From assembly GCA_964514975.1 (NCBI GenBank), contig CAZESS010000003.1, forward strand, positions 68,407 through 132,406: a stretch of 64,000 bases of DNA, given 5' to 3'. Below, one piece after another: positions 37,824 through 47,475 of this stretch. Position 1 is the first letter of the stretch. Each line of letters starts with the position of its first letter. The notes beneath the pieces are model-generated. The model did not search any database and had not been told where the DNA came from. It saw only the letters and a list, made by a program, of their open reading frames with translations. This stretch comes from an uncultured Thermoplasmatales archaeon. GTDB taxonomy: Archaea; Thermoplasmatota; E2; UBA202; DSCA01. The position numbers and the translations under genes were made by a program.

Positions 37824-38705
37824 ATGTCGTCAGTGCCAGCCATCCTGCTGGTATCGCTGCCGCTGATCGGATGGTCGCTTGCATTTCCATTGATAAAAAT
37901 CGCGCTCGACGAGCTCTCCTGGGTCAACCTGACCATCCTCCGCTTCCTGGTGGCGTGCAGCACGCTGCTGGTGCTGCTGGGCCTGCAGCGGCACCGGTTT
38001 CCGCTGCCTGGCCGGCAGGAGCTGCCAGCGCTCTTTTTACTGGGGTTTTTTGGCATCATCGTCTACCATCTCGGCCTCAACTATGGCGAGCAGTATGTGT
38101 CGCCGGGGGCGGCCAGCCTCCTCGTGGCGACCATTCCCGTGTTCGTGGTCATGCTCGCCGTCGTGTTCCTGGACGAGGGCATCACAGGCTGGAAGCTGCT
38201 GGGCATCACGCTCTCGCTGGCGGGTGTCGTCGTGCTCTCGCTGTGGGGCACCGGCACCGCCACGATAGAAATCGACTATGTGGGAGGCGCAATCGCCGTG
38301 CTGATTGCCGCCGTGATGGGCGCCTTGTATACCGTGGCTGGCAAAAAAATGCTGGGGCGGTATTCCCCGCTGTCGCTGACCGTCTACGCCATCCTGCTGG
38401 GCAGCCTCGGGTTGCTTCCCGCCGTCAATGGCTCGTTGTTCAGGCAACTCGGGCACCTGTCGCTGCAGGCCACCGCCGCGGTGCTCTTCCTCGGGCTGTT
38501 TTCCACCATTGTGAGCTACGCGCTCTGGTACATGGCGCTGCAGCGGCAGTCCGCCTCATCATTAAGCGTCTACCTCTATGTCGTCCCGGTGGTCGCCACC
38601 GCCCTGAGCTGGATGCTGTTCGATGACGCCATAACGCCGATGTATCTCCTGGGCGGCGTGCTGGTCATCGGGGGCGTCGCCATCGTCAACCGGCAGCGCC
38701 GTTGA
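37824..38705 (+). CDS. DMT/EamA family transporter
   Basis: About ten TM in two EamA repeats; FPLIKIAL, TILRF, LDEGIT. Confidence 0.92.
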   Translation: MSSVPAILLVSLPLIGWSLAFPLIKIALDELSWVNLTILRFLVACSTLLVLLGLQRHRFPLPGRQELPALFLLGFFGIIVYHLGLNYGEQYVSPGAASLLVATIPVFVVMLAVVFLDEGITGWKLLGITLSLAGVVVLSLWGTGTATIEIDYVGGAIAVLIAAVMGALYTVAGKKMLGRYSPLSLTVYAILLGSLGLLPAVNGSLFRQLGHLSLQATAAVLFLGLFSTIVSYALWYMALQRQSASSLSVYLYVVPVVATALSWMLFDDAITPMYLLGGVLVIGGVAIVNRQRR

Positions 38706-38741
38706 GAACGTTTATAAAACCCGGTGTGTTGAACGGGCATC

Positions 38742-39791
38742 ATGTGCCCATGTGAGACGGCGGCGCGGGCCGGCCTGCACCCAGATGGTAGGGAGGAAAA
38801 AGCATATTTCGATGCCGGACGGGTCTACGCTGTCCAGATAGAGCTCAACCTGGCCTGTCCGCAGGGCTGCCTGTACTGCTACGCCTCCGATGCCAATCCA
38901 CCAGAGGAGGGGATGCCCCAGGAGGACGTCGTCGCCGTCTTGGACGCAGCCGTCGACATGGACATTCGGGCGGTAGACTGGCTCGGCGGCGACCCGTTGG
39001 TGCGGGACGACTGGTACGAGCTCATGCGGTATGCGCAGCAGCAGGGACTGGTCAACAACATCTGGACGAGCGGGATGCCGCTGCAGGATGAATTGGTGGC
39101 CCGACGGGCGGTCGAGGTCTCCCGCGGCGGCTTCATCTCGGTGCACCTCGACAGCCTCAACGAAGCGATATATGGACGGCTGCACACGGGTAATCCTGCG
39201 GGCAAGATACACGCCATCCTGGCCGGGGTCGACAACGTGCAGGCAGCCGGCAAAAACCCGGAGCACATGGTAAACTGTATCACCTTTACCAGGGCGGTGG
39301 CAGATGATGCAGCCCGCACCATCCGGTTTTTCCAGGAGGAAAAGGGCATGCGGACCTGTCTCACACAGATGTGCCCGACGGGGCTGGCCGAGGAACGGGA
39401 CGACCTGGTGCCATCCATGGAGGAGATAGAAAACGCGTGCACCGTCCGCGACAGGGTCAACTATCCCGGCTCGAAGCTGTCGATATGCTCCATGGACACC
39501 AACAGGTACTACTGCGGCGGCATCATCTGCGTAACGGTCGACGGCGACGTGACCCCCTGCTCCGTCATCCGGCAGGGCGTCGGCAACATACACGATGCAG
39601 CGCTGCGGGATATCGTCGAGCGGCACCGTGACACGTTGCTGTTCACCGACCTCCGGAACGACAGCGGGCTCCCCAAGGACTGCCGGGATTGCGAGCACAA
39701 CGTCGTCTGCTGGGGCTGCCGCGCCGCCGCCTACTACGCGACCGGCGACGTCTGCGGGCCTGACCCCAACTGCTACCGCAGAAAGAGATAA
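38742..39791 (+). CDS. Radical SAM/SPASM domain protein
   Basis: CPQGCLYC, GGDPL; SPASM YYCGG...DGDVTPC...CRDC...CWGCRA...DPNC. Confidence 0.92.
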   Translation: MCPCETAARAGLHPDGREEKAYFDAGRVYAVQIELNLACPQGCLYCYASDANPPEEGMPQEDVVAVLDAAVDMDIRAVDWLGGDPLVRDDWYELMRYAQQQGLVNNIWTSGMPLQDELVARRAVEVSRGGFISVHLDSLNEAIYGRLHTGNPAGKIHAILAGVDNVQAAGKNPEHMVNCITFTRAVADDAARTIRFFQEEKGMRTCLTQMCPTGLAEERDDLVPSMEEIENACTVRDRVNYPGSKLSICSMDTNRYYCGGIICVTVDGDVTPCSVIRQGVGNIHDAALRDIVERHRDTLLFTDLRNDSGLPKDCRDCEHNVVCWGCRAAAYYATGDVCGPDPNCYRRKR

Positions 39792-39822
39792 GAAGCACAG
39801 CCCGATATATCCGGGTGGTTGC

Positions 39823-40635
39823 ATGAACGACGGCCAAAAGGAAAAACGGCTTGATTACACCATCGGAGACGTGATCGACATCTACGCCGGCCCGGTCGGC
39901 GTGCTGTGGCAGATGCTGATGGGCGACCAGATACATGTCGGCGGCGAAGCGGAAACCCTGGCGCTGGCGGAGCGAGCCCGCATAACCGGCGACAGCAGGG
40001 TGCTCGACGTGTGCAGCGCGCTCGGTGCCCCGGCCCGGCAGCTCGCCACCCGGTATGGATGCACCGTGGTCGGGCTCGACGCAACGGAAAAAATGGTTGA
40101 GCTGGCTGAACGGGACACCATGACGGCAGGGCTTTCAGGGCAGGTGTCGTTTCGGCTGGGGAACGCGCTCGACATGCCCTTCAAGCGGGAGAGCTTCACG
40201 GTGGTCTGGGGTCAGGATGCCTGGTGCTATGTGACCGACAAAAAACGGCTGGTCGAGGAAGCATATCGGGTGCTTGTGCCCGGGGGCACCATCGCGTTTA
40301 CCGACTGGCTGCAGACCGGCGATATGACGGCGGAGGAATGGGAGCTGCTCAACGGGTTCATGGCCTTTCCCTACATGGAGACCCCTGACGGCTACGTGGA
40401 GCTGCTCCGCCGGGCGGGCTTCGAAAACGTCGAGGTGGAGGACACCGGCGAGCTGTTCGCCCGGCACTGCCATCGCTATCTGGACATGCTCCGCACCGAG
40501 CTGCGGGATGACATCATCGACGGCTACGGCCCTGAGATGTACGAGGCAGCGGAGGACGGGCTCCAGCGATGGACGGCGGCGGCCGACGCGGGCACGGTGG
40601 GCCGCGGCATGTTCCTGGGACGCAAGCCGAGATGA
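39823..40635 (+). CDS. Class I SAM-dependent methyltransferase (sarcosine/tocopherol/sterol MT-like)
   Basis: IHVGG, VLDVCSALG (atypical motif I), GNALDMPF, RVLVPGG. Confidence 0.88.
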   Translation: MNDGQKEKRLDYTIGDVIDIYAGPVGVLWQMLMGDQIHVGGEAETLALAERARITGDSRVLDVCSALGAPARQLATRYGCTVVGLDATEKMVELAERDTMTAGLSGQVSFRLGNALDMPFKRESFTVVWGQDAWCYVTDKKRLVEEAYRVLVPGGTIAFTDWLQTGDMTAEEWELLNGFMAFPYMETPDGYVELLRRAGFENVEVEDTGELFARHCHRYLDMLRTELRDDIIDGYGPEMYEAAEDGLQRWTAAADAGTVGRGMFLGRKPR

Positions 40636-40662
40636 CGGGGGCAAGCCTTTTTGTAGCCCGGC

Positions 40663-41361
40663 ATGTTTAAAACCCGGATGGACGGCAGGGGCACGCAGAG
40701 CTGCATTCTTCTCTATATCAAATATCCAGAGCCGGGACGGGTGAAAACCCGGCTGAGCGAGGCGCTGGACGGCGGCGTCGCAGCGGAGCTCTACCGGCAT
40801 TTCGTCATAGATGTGCTCGCAATGGTAAAGGACACCGGACACGACGTCATCATATGTTACGCTCCCGCCGGGCGGGAGGAGGACTTCCGGAGATGGCTCG
40901 GCCCCCGCCATCGGTATCATCGGCAGCGGGGCGACACCCTGGGTGAAAAACTGAAGCATGGCTTCGCCGACATCTATGCGGCGGGCTACCGGAGCGCCGT
41001 TGCCATTGGCAGCGACAGCCCGGACCTGCCATCCCGGTATATCGAGATGGCGTTCACCCGGCTTGGGGAACATGACGTGGTCATCGGACCGGCGGTCGAC
41101 GGCGGCTACTATCTGATAGGCTTCGCCAGGGATACCTTTGTGCCGGAGGCGTTCGACGGCATCGAATGGAGCACGTCCACCGTGCTGCATGAAACGCTGC
41201 GGAATCTCCGGCGGCAGCCCGGAGATGTTGATGTTCACCTGCTGCCGGCGTGGAAGGATGTGGACACCCTCGACGACCTATGGGCGCTCATATATCGCAC
41301 CCGGAACAGCGCGTTTGCGTCATCGGCCACGATGCGCTACATCACCGATCAGATACCATGA
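40663..41361 (+). CDS. TIGR04282/DUF2064-like transferase (rSAM/selenodomain-associated family)
   Basis: KYPEPGRVKTRL, QRGDTLGEK, IGSDSP, GPAVDGGYYLIG, IEWST, DVDTLDDL. Confidence 0.9.
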   Translation: MFKTRMDGRGTQSCILLYIKYPEPGRVKTRLSEALDGGVAAELYRHFVIDVLAMVKDTGHDVIICYAPAGREEDFRRWLGPRHRYHRQRGDTLGEKLKHGFADIYAAGYRSAVAIGSDSPDLPSRYIEMAFTRLGEHDVVIGPAVDGGYYLIGFARDTFVPEAFDGIEWSTSTVLHETLRNLRRQPGDVDVHLLPAWKDVDTLDDLWALIYRTRNSAFASSATMRYITDQIP

Positions 41362-42059
41362 CAGATGAGACATGCATGCATCCAGAGATATCCGTGGTGG
41401 TACCGTTCCACGCGAGCGTCGACGGCATTGCGGCAATACGGGCCATGATAGATACGGCCAGCGTGCCGACGGAAACCATCTACGTGGTCGACAGCGGGCT
41501 GCGGCACGTGATGCCGCGGCCGCGCGACCGTGAAACGGTCATCTGGATAGAAAACCGGGGCAGGGGATACAACCTCCGGGAGGGCGCAAAACATGCCCGG
41601 GGGGACATCATTGTGTTCCTGCACGCGGACACCGTGCTTCCATCCGGGTGGGACACGGCGATATGCGATGCCATGGAAGACAGCGATGTGGCCGGCGGCG
41701 GGTTTTCCCTTCGATTCGACCATGACAGCCCGTTTCTCCGGCTGGTGGTGCTGGCGAGCGATCTGCTCATCTATCTCATGGGCCGTTTTTCTGGGGATAG
41801 AGCCATGTTCGTCCGCGCTCCCCTGATACAGCGGCATCCCAACGTGCTCGACGTCCCCATCATGGAGGACACCGAGCTCTCCATTTTCATGCAACAGCAG
41901 GGGAAAACGGTGCTCCTGCAGAAAACGGCTGTTACGAGCGCGGCGACCTTCGTCCGGCACGGGTTCCTCCGCAACACGCTACGAATCATCATCTGTTCGC
42001 TGTGGTACGCGGTCGGAATGAATCTGCAGGACATCTACGATTTCTATTACCGCAGGTGA
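41358..42059 (+). CDS. TIGR04283-like GT2 glycosyltransferase
   Basis: GRG..LREGA, GDIIVFLHADT, GGFSLRFD, GDRAMF, PIMED, VTSA. Confidence 0.85.
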   Translation: MTDETCMHPEISVVVPFHASVDGIAAIRAMIDTASVPTETIYVVDSGLRHVMPRPRDRETVIWIENRGRGYNLREGAKHARGDIIVFLHADTVLPSGWDTAICDAMEDSDVAGGGFSLRFDHDSPFLRLVVLASDLLIYLMGRFSGDRAMFVRAPLIQRHPNVLDVPIMEDTELSIFMQQQGKTVLLQKTAVTSAATFVRHGFLRNTLRIIICSLWYAVGMNLQDIYDFYYRR

Positions 42060-42073
42060 ACGCCGCGGCGGGG

Positions 42074-43057
42074 CTAGTCGGCGTGCGCTATCGCCTCGGG
42101 CGGGAATGGCTCCTGGGTCTGCCGCTGGTCATCCCATCCCGTCAGGGTCTCGTAGTGAACGTTCCAGTTTGTCCCCTGCATCGTCAGGGTGAACGTGACG
42201 TTGGAGACCTCGGAGGTAACGGTGACGGTGTCGCCGGGCTGATATTCGTCGGTGATGTCTCCCTCGACGGTGAGCGCGCTGCGGGTGTACGAGGAAAACT
42301 GGAGCACGGTGATGTCCCGACTGCTGTTGTATGACAGGTTTTGGAGCTGGTCTCTGATGGTCACGGTGTCGCCCTCGTCATATGAGGCCAGGTAGACCAT
42401 CAGGGTGTCGGTGTCGTTATCCCTGGTCTGCCGGTAGTCGCTCTGGAACTCGTAGAATGACAGCGCTCCGTCGTCCTGGTCATCTCCCGTGTCATCTGTG
42501 TCGTCCCCGGTGTCGTTTCCGTCGCCGTCGGTGTCATCATCGATGTCGGCGGTTTCCGCGTGCGCTATCGCTTCGGGCGGGAAGGGCGTCTGGGTGTTGT
42601 TCTGGGTGTCCCATCCATTCTTGAAGGTTTCGTAGTGGATGGTCCAGTTCTGGCCCTGCATCGGGTAGGTGAACGTGGTGTTGATGATCGGGGAGGTCAG
42701 GGTGACGTTGTCGCCGGCCTGGAAATCATCGGTGATGTTGCCCTGGACGGCCTGGTACTGCCGGGGATACGAGGAAAACTGGATGAGCGTCATGCTCTCG
42801 TTGCCCTGGTCCCTGTAGGTCAGGTTTTGGAGCTTGTCCCGGATGACCACGGTGTCACCCTCGTCGAGCGACCGCAGATACATGACCATGGTCTGCGTCT
42901 GGTTGTCCCTGGTGCTGTTGTAGTCCTGGTTGAACTCCAAAAATGTCATCGTCTCCGTCATGCCGCCGGTGTCTCCGTTGTCGTCCTCCAGGCACCCGGC
43001 GGTCGCCACGACCGCCAGGACGCAGACGAGCAGCGATACAACAATAGCTCGTTTCAT
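42074..43057 (-). CDS. Putative lipoprotein with two tandem ~135-aa repeats and an acidic linker
   Basis: Signal peptide ending TAGC; duplicated F.EF..DY...RDN.T.T...YL.S.DEGDTV.IRD.LQNL...HYET...W...PFPPEAIAHA. Confidence 0.85.
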   Translation of the reverse strand: MKRAIVVSLLVCVLAVVATAGCLEDDNGDTGGMTETMTFLEFNQDYNSTRDNQTQTMVMYLRSLDEGDTVVIRDKLQNLTYRDQGNESMTLIQFSSYPRQYQAVQGNITDDFQAGDNVTLTSPIINTTFTYPMQGQNWTIHYETFKNGWDTQNNTQTPFPPEAIAHAETADIDDDTDGDGNDTGDDTDDTGDDQDDGALSFYEFQSDYRQTRDNDTDTLMVYLASYDEGDTVTIRDQLQNLSYNSSRDITVLQFSSYTRSALTVEGDITDEYQPGDTVTVTSEVSNVTFTLTMQGTNWNVHYETLTGWDDQRQTQEPFPPEAIAHAD

Positions 43058-43151
43058 AGCGCGTGTCCAAGGGTAGCATGGTATTTATACCTTGGGATGG
43101 AGCGAAATCGTTATAGGTGGCAATGGCGTTCAGGCAGCACGGAGCAACACC

Positions 43152-44846
43152 ATGGAGTATCCCTTCCAGCAGTTCAGGCGACAGGTCGCCACCCGGCTCG
43201 CCGAATCAGCACGACGGCGCTACGGCATCGAGGACGACATCGATCTGGAAACACCCACCGAGGCGGAGATGGGCGACGTGGCGTTTCCCTGCTTTCCGCT
43301 CGCCGGTCGGGCAAAGAAGGCGCCGGCGGCCATCGCCGAGGAGCTCGCCAGCGACATAGCCGGAGAATGGATCGGCCAGGTCGAGGCAGTGAACGGCTAC
43401 GTCAACTGCTTCATCAACATGGAAAAGCTGACGATGGAGCTGTTGCCACGTGTGCTCGAGATGAAGGAGCGCTACGGCGCCGGTGGCGACAAAAACATGG
43501 CGGTCATCGTGGAGCATACCTCGGCCAATCCCAACGGGCCCCTGCACGTCGGCCGCGGCCGCAATCCCCTGCTCGGGGACACCCTGGCCCGCATTTTCCG
43601 GTTCGCAGGCTACGACGTCGAGACGCAGTTCTACCTGGACGACATGGGCAAACAGGTCGCCATCCTCGCCTGGGGGCTCGAGCATCTCGACCTGGCGCCC
43701 GAGGCGGAAAAGCCCGACCATCGCTCCGTGGCATTTTACCAGGAGGCCAACCGGCGGATGGAGCAGGACGAGCAGGTCGCCCGGGACATCGAGGAGCTGA
43801 TCCAGCGCGGTGAGCAGGGCGACCCCGACATGCTCGAGCGCATGGAGCAGGCATACCGGCCGGCGCTCAAGGGCATCATGCAGACGCTCAGCCGTGTCAA
43901 CATATCCATGGACAGCTTCGTCCGGGAATCGCGGTTCGTGCTCGACGGAACCGTCAGCGACGTGGTAGCACGGCTGACGGAAACAGCCTATGCCGCCCGG
44001 GAGGACGGCGCCCTCTACCTCGACCTGTCATCCTTCGACATCCACGGACGGAACAAGCAGTTTTATCTCACCCGGCGGGATGGCACCTCGCTCTATGCCA
44101 CCAGGGACATCGCCTACCATCTCTGGAAGGGACGGCAGGCCGACCGGCTGGTCAACGTGCTCGGCGAGGACCACCGGCTCGAGGCACGCCAGGTGGAAAT
44201 CGCGCTGTCCCTGCTCGACGCCCCAACGCCAAAGAGCGTGTTTTATTCCTTTGTCTCCCTGCCCGAGGGAAAAATGTCGACCCGACGCGGCCGCGTCGTA
44301 TACCTCGACGACCTGCTCGACGAGGCGGTGGAGCGCGCCCTCAGGGAGGTCAAAAAACGGCGTGACCTGCCCGATGAGCAGGCGAAAGCCATCGCCGAAC
44401 AGGTGGGAACGGGCGCCGTTCGCTACAACATCCTCAAGGTCAGCCCGGAAAAAGCCATCACCTTCCGATGGGAGGAGGCACTGAACTTCGAGGGGCAGTC
44501 GGCACCGTTCATCCAGTACGCATATGCGCGATGCTGTTCAATCCTCGAAAAAACAGGTACAAAGCCGGATGTCGACAGCGGGTACAGCCATGCGGAGGAA
44601 ACAGCGCTGCTGAAAACACTCGCCCGGTTCCCCGACGTGGTCGCCCATTGCCGGGAGCGATGCAGCCCCGCAGGGCTCGCCGAATACGCACATGAGCTGG
44701 CATCCCGGTTCAACGGCTTCTACCGGGACTGCCGGGTTATCGGCGACGAACGGGAGGCGGCACGGCTTGCGCTCGTCGATGCTTCAAGGATAACATTGCA
44801 CAACGCGCTCGAGCTGCTGGGCATCTCGCCGCTGCCAGAAATGTAG
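43152..44846 (+). CDS. argS: Arginine--tRNA ligase
   Basis: EHTSANPNGPLHVGRGRN, KMSTRRG, QYAYAR, C-terminal PEM. Confidence 0.97.
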   Translation: MEYPFQQFRRQVATRLAESARRRYGIEDDIDLETPTEAEMGDVAFPCFPLAGRAKKAPAAIAEELASDIAGEWIGQVEAVNGYVNCFINMEKLTMELLPRVLEMKERYGAGGDKNMAVIVEHTSANPNGPLHVGRGRNPLLGDTLARIFRFAGYDVETQFYLDDMGKQVAILAWGLEHLDLAPEAEKPDHRSVAFYQEANRRMEQDEQVARDIEELIQRGEQGDPDMLERMEQAYRPALKGIMQTLSRVNISMDSFVRESRFVLDGTVSDVVARLTETAYAAREDGALYLDLSSFDIHGRNKQFYLTRRDGTSLYATRDIAYHLWKGRQADRLVNVLGEDHRLEARQVEIALSLLDAPTPKSVFYSFVSLPEGKMSTRRGRVVYLDDLLDEAVERALREVKKRRDLPDEQAKAIAEQVGTGAVRYNILKVSPEKAITFRWEEALNFEGQSAPFIQYAYARCCSILEKTGTKPDVDSGYSHAEETALLKTLARFPDVVAHCRERCSPAGLAEYAHELASRFNGFYRDCRVIGDEREAARLALVDASRITLHNALELLGISPLPEM

Positions 44847-44863
44847 CCGCCTTTTTCCAATGT

Positions 44864-46162
44864 TTATGGACCCTTCCGGGTCATCGTCCGCGGAAACGAA
44901 ATGGTGTCCTTGATGTTGTCAAGCCCGCATATCCAGGCGAGGACGCGCTCGACGCCGACGCCATAACCGGCATGGGGCACGGAGCCATATCGCCGGAGGT
45001 CGAGATACCACTGGTAGCGTTCGAGATCCTCGCCTTCCTCCCGCAGCGCCCGTATGAGCTCGTCGACATCGGTGGAACGCTGGCTGCCGCCCACGATTTC
45101 ACCGTAGCCCTCGGGAGCGATCATGTCGAAGCACAATGCCTCGTCGGGCTGCTCGGGGTCGGCGGGCTTGTAAAACGCCATTGCCTCCTTTGGATAATGG
45201 GTCACCACGACCGGGGTGTCGAACTCCTCCATGAGCTCTTTTTCCTCGATGGTGCGCAGGTCCTTGCCGAACGCGATGTCCACGTCCCGCTCATGCAGGA
45301 TCTCCAGGGCGCGTCGGTACTTGATGGTCGGCCATTCCCGGTCCAGCATCCGCCGGAGCGGCGTAGGGTCGCGCTCCATAGCTTCGAGATCGCTCTCATG
45401 CTCGTCGAGGATACGCCGCAGGATGAACTTGATCTCCTCCTTCGCCATCTCCGTCACATCATGCAGGTCCATCCAGGCGGCCTCCATCTCGGCCATCCAG
45501 AACTCGCTCAGATGACGGCTCGTTTTCGATTTCTCGGCTCGGAACGTGGGCGCCATGTCGTAGACGCGCTCCAGCGCGAACACGGCCGCCTCGGCGTAGA
45601 GCTGCCAGGACTGCGACAGATAGGTAACGTCGTCGTAGTAGTCCACCTCGAACAGGGTGGCACCGCCCTCGCACTGGCCGGGCTGCAAAATCGGGGGATG
45701 GAACTCGTAGAAATCATGGCTGCGGAAAAACTCGTGGATGGCACCCGTCATCGTATGCCGTATCTTCATGATGGTAGTCAGCTTCCGGCTGCGCAGCCAG
45801 AGATGCCGGTTGTCGAGCAGATGCTCCATGCTCTGATCCTCGGTGATCGGGAAATCATCGGCGAAGCTGACGACCTGGAAGCGCGTGGCATGTATCTCAC
45901 GGCCGCCGGGCGCCCGCTCATCCTCATGGATGGTACCCTCTATGGTGACGGATGACTCGATGAGCGCGTTTTTCGCTCCCTCAAAGTCCTCATCGGGCAG
46001 CGACGACTGCTCAGCGACGACCTGTACGATGCCGCTTTCGTCTCGCACGACAACGAAGGCCAGGCCGCCGCTGCTCCTGGTGCGGTAAATCCAGCCACGG
46101 ATGGCCGTGTCGTCGCCCTCGCTTTTCCTGAGCGCTTCAGAAATCCTGTCGATAGCTGGCAT
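44864..46162 (-). CDS. asnS: Asparagine--tRNA ligase
   Basis: RGWIYR OB-fold, RHLWLRS, LSQSWQLY, FRAEKS..RHLSEFW, GSVPHAGYGVG. Confidence 0.93.
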   Translation of the reverse strand: MPAIDRISEALRKSEGDDTAIRGWIYRTRSSGGLAFVVVRDESGIVQVVAEQSSLPDEDFEGAKNALIESSVTIEGTIHEDERAPGGREIHATRFQVVSFADDFPITEDQSMEHLLDNRHLWLRSRKLTTIMKIRHTMTGAIHEFFRSHDFYEFHPPILQPGQCEGGATLFEVDYYDDVTYLSQSWQLYAEAAVFALERVYDMAPTFRAEKSKTSRHLSEFWMAEMEAAWMDLHDVTEMAKEEIKFILRRILDEHESDLEAMERDPTPLRRMLDREWPTIKYRRALEILHERDVDIAFGKDLRTIEEKELMEEFDTPVVVTHYPKEAMAFYKPADPEQPDEALCFDMIAPEGYGEIVGGSQRSTDVDELIRALREEGEDLERYQWYLDLRRYGSVPHAGYGVGVERVLAWICGLDNIKDTISFPRTMTRKGP

Positions 46163-46237
46163 CGACGCCATAATCAACAGCGACATAAAATGTTTTTGTA
46201 TGGTAAAACATTTGTAGCCCCGGGTGTATAGTGCGGT

Positions 46238-47431
46238 ATGCCCCGCGTGTATTCTCCCTCGCGTATCTCCGCCTACGAGAACTGCCCGCTGAAGTTCAAG
46301 TATCGCTACGTGGACAAAAAGCCGGCGATGCGGGCGACCATCGAGGCGTTCCTGGGACGGCGGGTGCACGAGGCGCTGGAAAAGCTCTACCGGGACATGC
46401 AGTTCCAGAAGACGCCGTCGCTGGAAGACCTCGTCGGGTTTTACCACGAGCAGTGGGAGCGCGAGATGGACGACAGCATCTGCGTGGTCAAGGACGGCTA
46501 CGACCCGGCGAACTATCGGAAGATGGGGGAGCAGTACATCCGGCAGTACTACACCAGCTACCAGCCATTCGACGGGGGGCGGACCATCGCGCTCGAAAAG
46601 CGCGTCCGCTTTCCCATCGGCGACGGCTACTCCATCATGGGCTACATCGACCGGCTTGCCGACACCGATGGAATCTATGAGATCCATGACTACAAGACCT
46701 CGCTGACGCTGCCCACCACTGATGATTTACGCGACGACCGGCAGCTCGCCCTGTATGCGCTGGCCGTCCGGCACATGTATGACGATGCGGACGAGGTGGC
46801 GCTGGTCTGGCACTACGTGGCCTTTGACAAGGAGCTCCGCGTCCGGAAGAGCGACGAGGAGCTGGAGATGGTGCGACGGGAGACTCTGCAGGCAATCCGT
46901 GACATCGAGGCAGCCATCCAGCAGGGGAACTTTGAGCCGCGGGAGTCGGCGCTCTGCCCATACTGCGAGTACCAGCCGATCTGCCCGCTGTTCAAGCACC
47001 GGTACCAGGTCGATGAGCTCCCGGCGGAGGATGCCCGGGAGGAGGACGGCCGCGCGCTGGTGAACCGGTATGCTGAGCTGAAAAACAGGATAGCGGAGCT
47101 CGAGCAGCTGAAGGACGACGTCCAGGAACGGCTGGTGCGCTACGCCCGGGAAAACGACATACAGCATGTCTACGGCAGCGACCGTATCGCCAACGTCAGG
47201 GTCTACCACAACCCCTGGTTCCCCAACAAGGATGACCCGCAGCGGCAGGAGTTCGAGGAGCTGCTGCACGAGATGGGGCTCTACGATGACTTCACCCGGC
47301 TGGACACCTTTGGGCTGTCCAAGGCGTTTCAGAAAAACGAGCTGCCCGACGATGCGGCCAACAAGCTGGAGGGCTATGTGACCATGAAGACGGTGGAGCG
47401 CGTCTACCTGCGGCAGCGCGACCGGGACTGA
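46238..47431 (+). CDS. PD-(D/E)XK nuclease (RecB/AddB/Cas4-like) with Fe-S Cys motif and C-terminal extension
   Basis: SPSRISAYENCP, GYIDRL, IHDYKT, QLALYA, CPYCEYQPIC. Confidence 0.88.
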   Translation: MPRVYSPSRISAYENCPLKFKYRYVDKKPAMRATIEAFLGRRVHEALEKLYRDMQFQKTPSLEDLVGFYHEQWEREMDDSICVVKDGYDPANYRKMGEQYIRQYYTSYQPFDGGRTIALEKRVRFPIGDGYSIMGYIDRLADTDGIYEIHDYKTSLTLPTTDDLRDDRQLALYALAVRHMYDDADEVALVWHYVAFDKELRVRKSDEELEMVRRETLQAIRDIEAAIQQGNFEPRESALCPYCEYQPICPLFKHRYQVDELPAEDAREEDGRALVNRYAELKNRIAELEQLKDDVQERLVRYARENDIQHVYGSDRIANVRVYHNPWFPNKDDPQRQEFEELLHEMGLYDDFTRLDTFGLSKAFQKNELPDDAANKLEGYVTMKTVERVYLRQRDRD

Positions 47432-47475
47432 TTTTCCGGCGGCATCTTCAAATAGCATGGCCATGATGGCGACAT

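Noticed and set aside
37630-42059. Genomic island integrated at tRNA-Cys
   Set aside because: No integrase or duplicated tRNA 3' end was seen, the cluster lies on the 5' side of the tRNA, and its composition looks host-like.
38742-42059. Selenocysteine (UGA) recoding in the rSAM/transferase cluster
   Set aside because: All four ORFs read through intact with no internal TGA needed.
46163-46687. Apparent 174-aa N-terminal extension of AsnRS in the ORF track
   Set aside because: It is the antisense of the nuclease gene plus a promoter. The real start is most likely ATG 46162.
46238-47431. CRISPR-Cas locus around the Cas4-like gene
   Set aside because: No repeat-spacer array or other cas genes were seen in the window.
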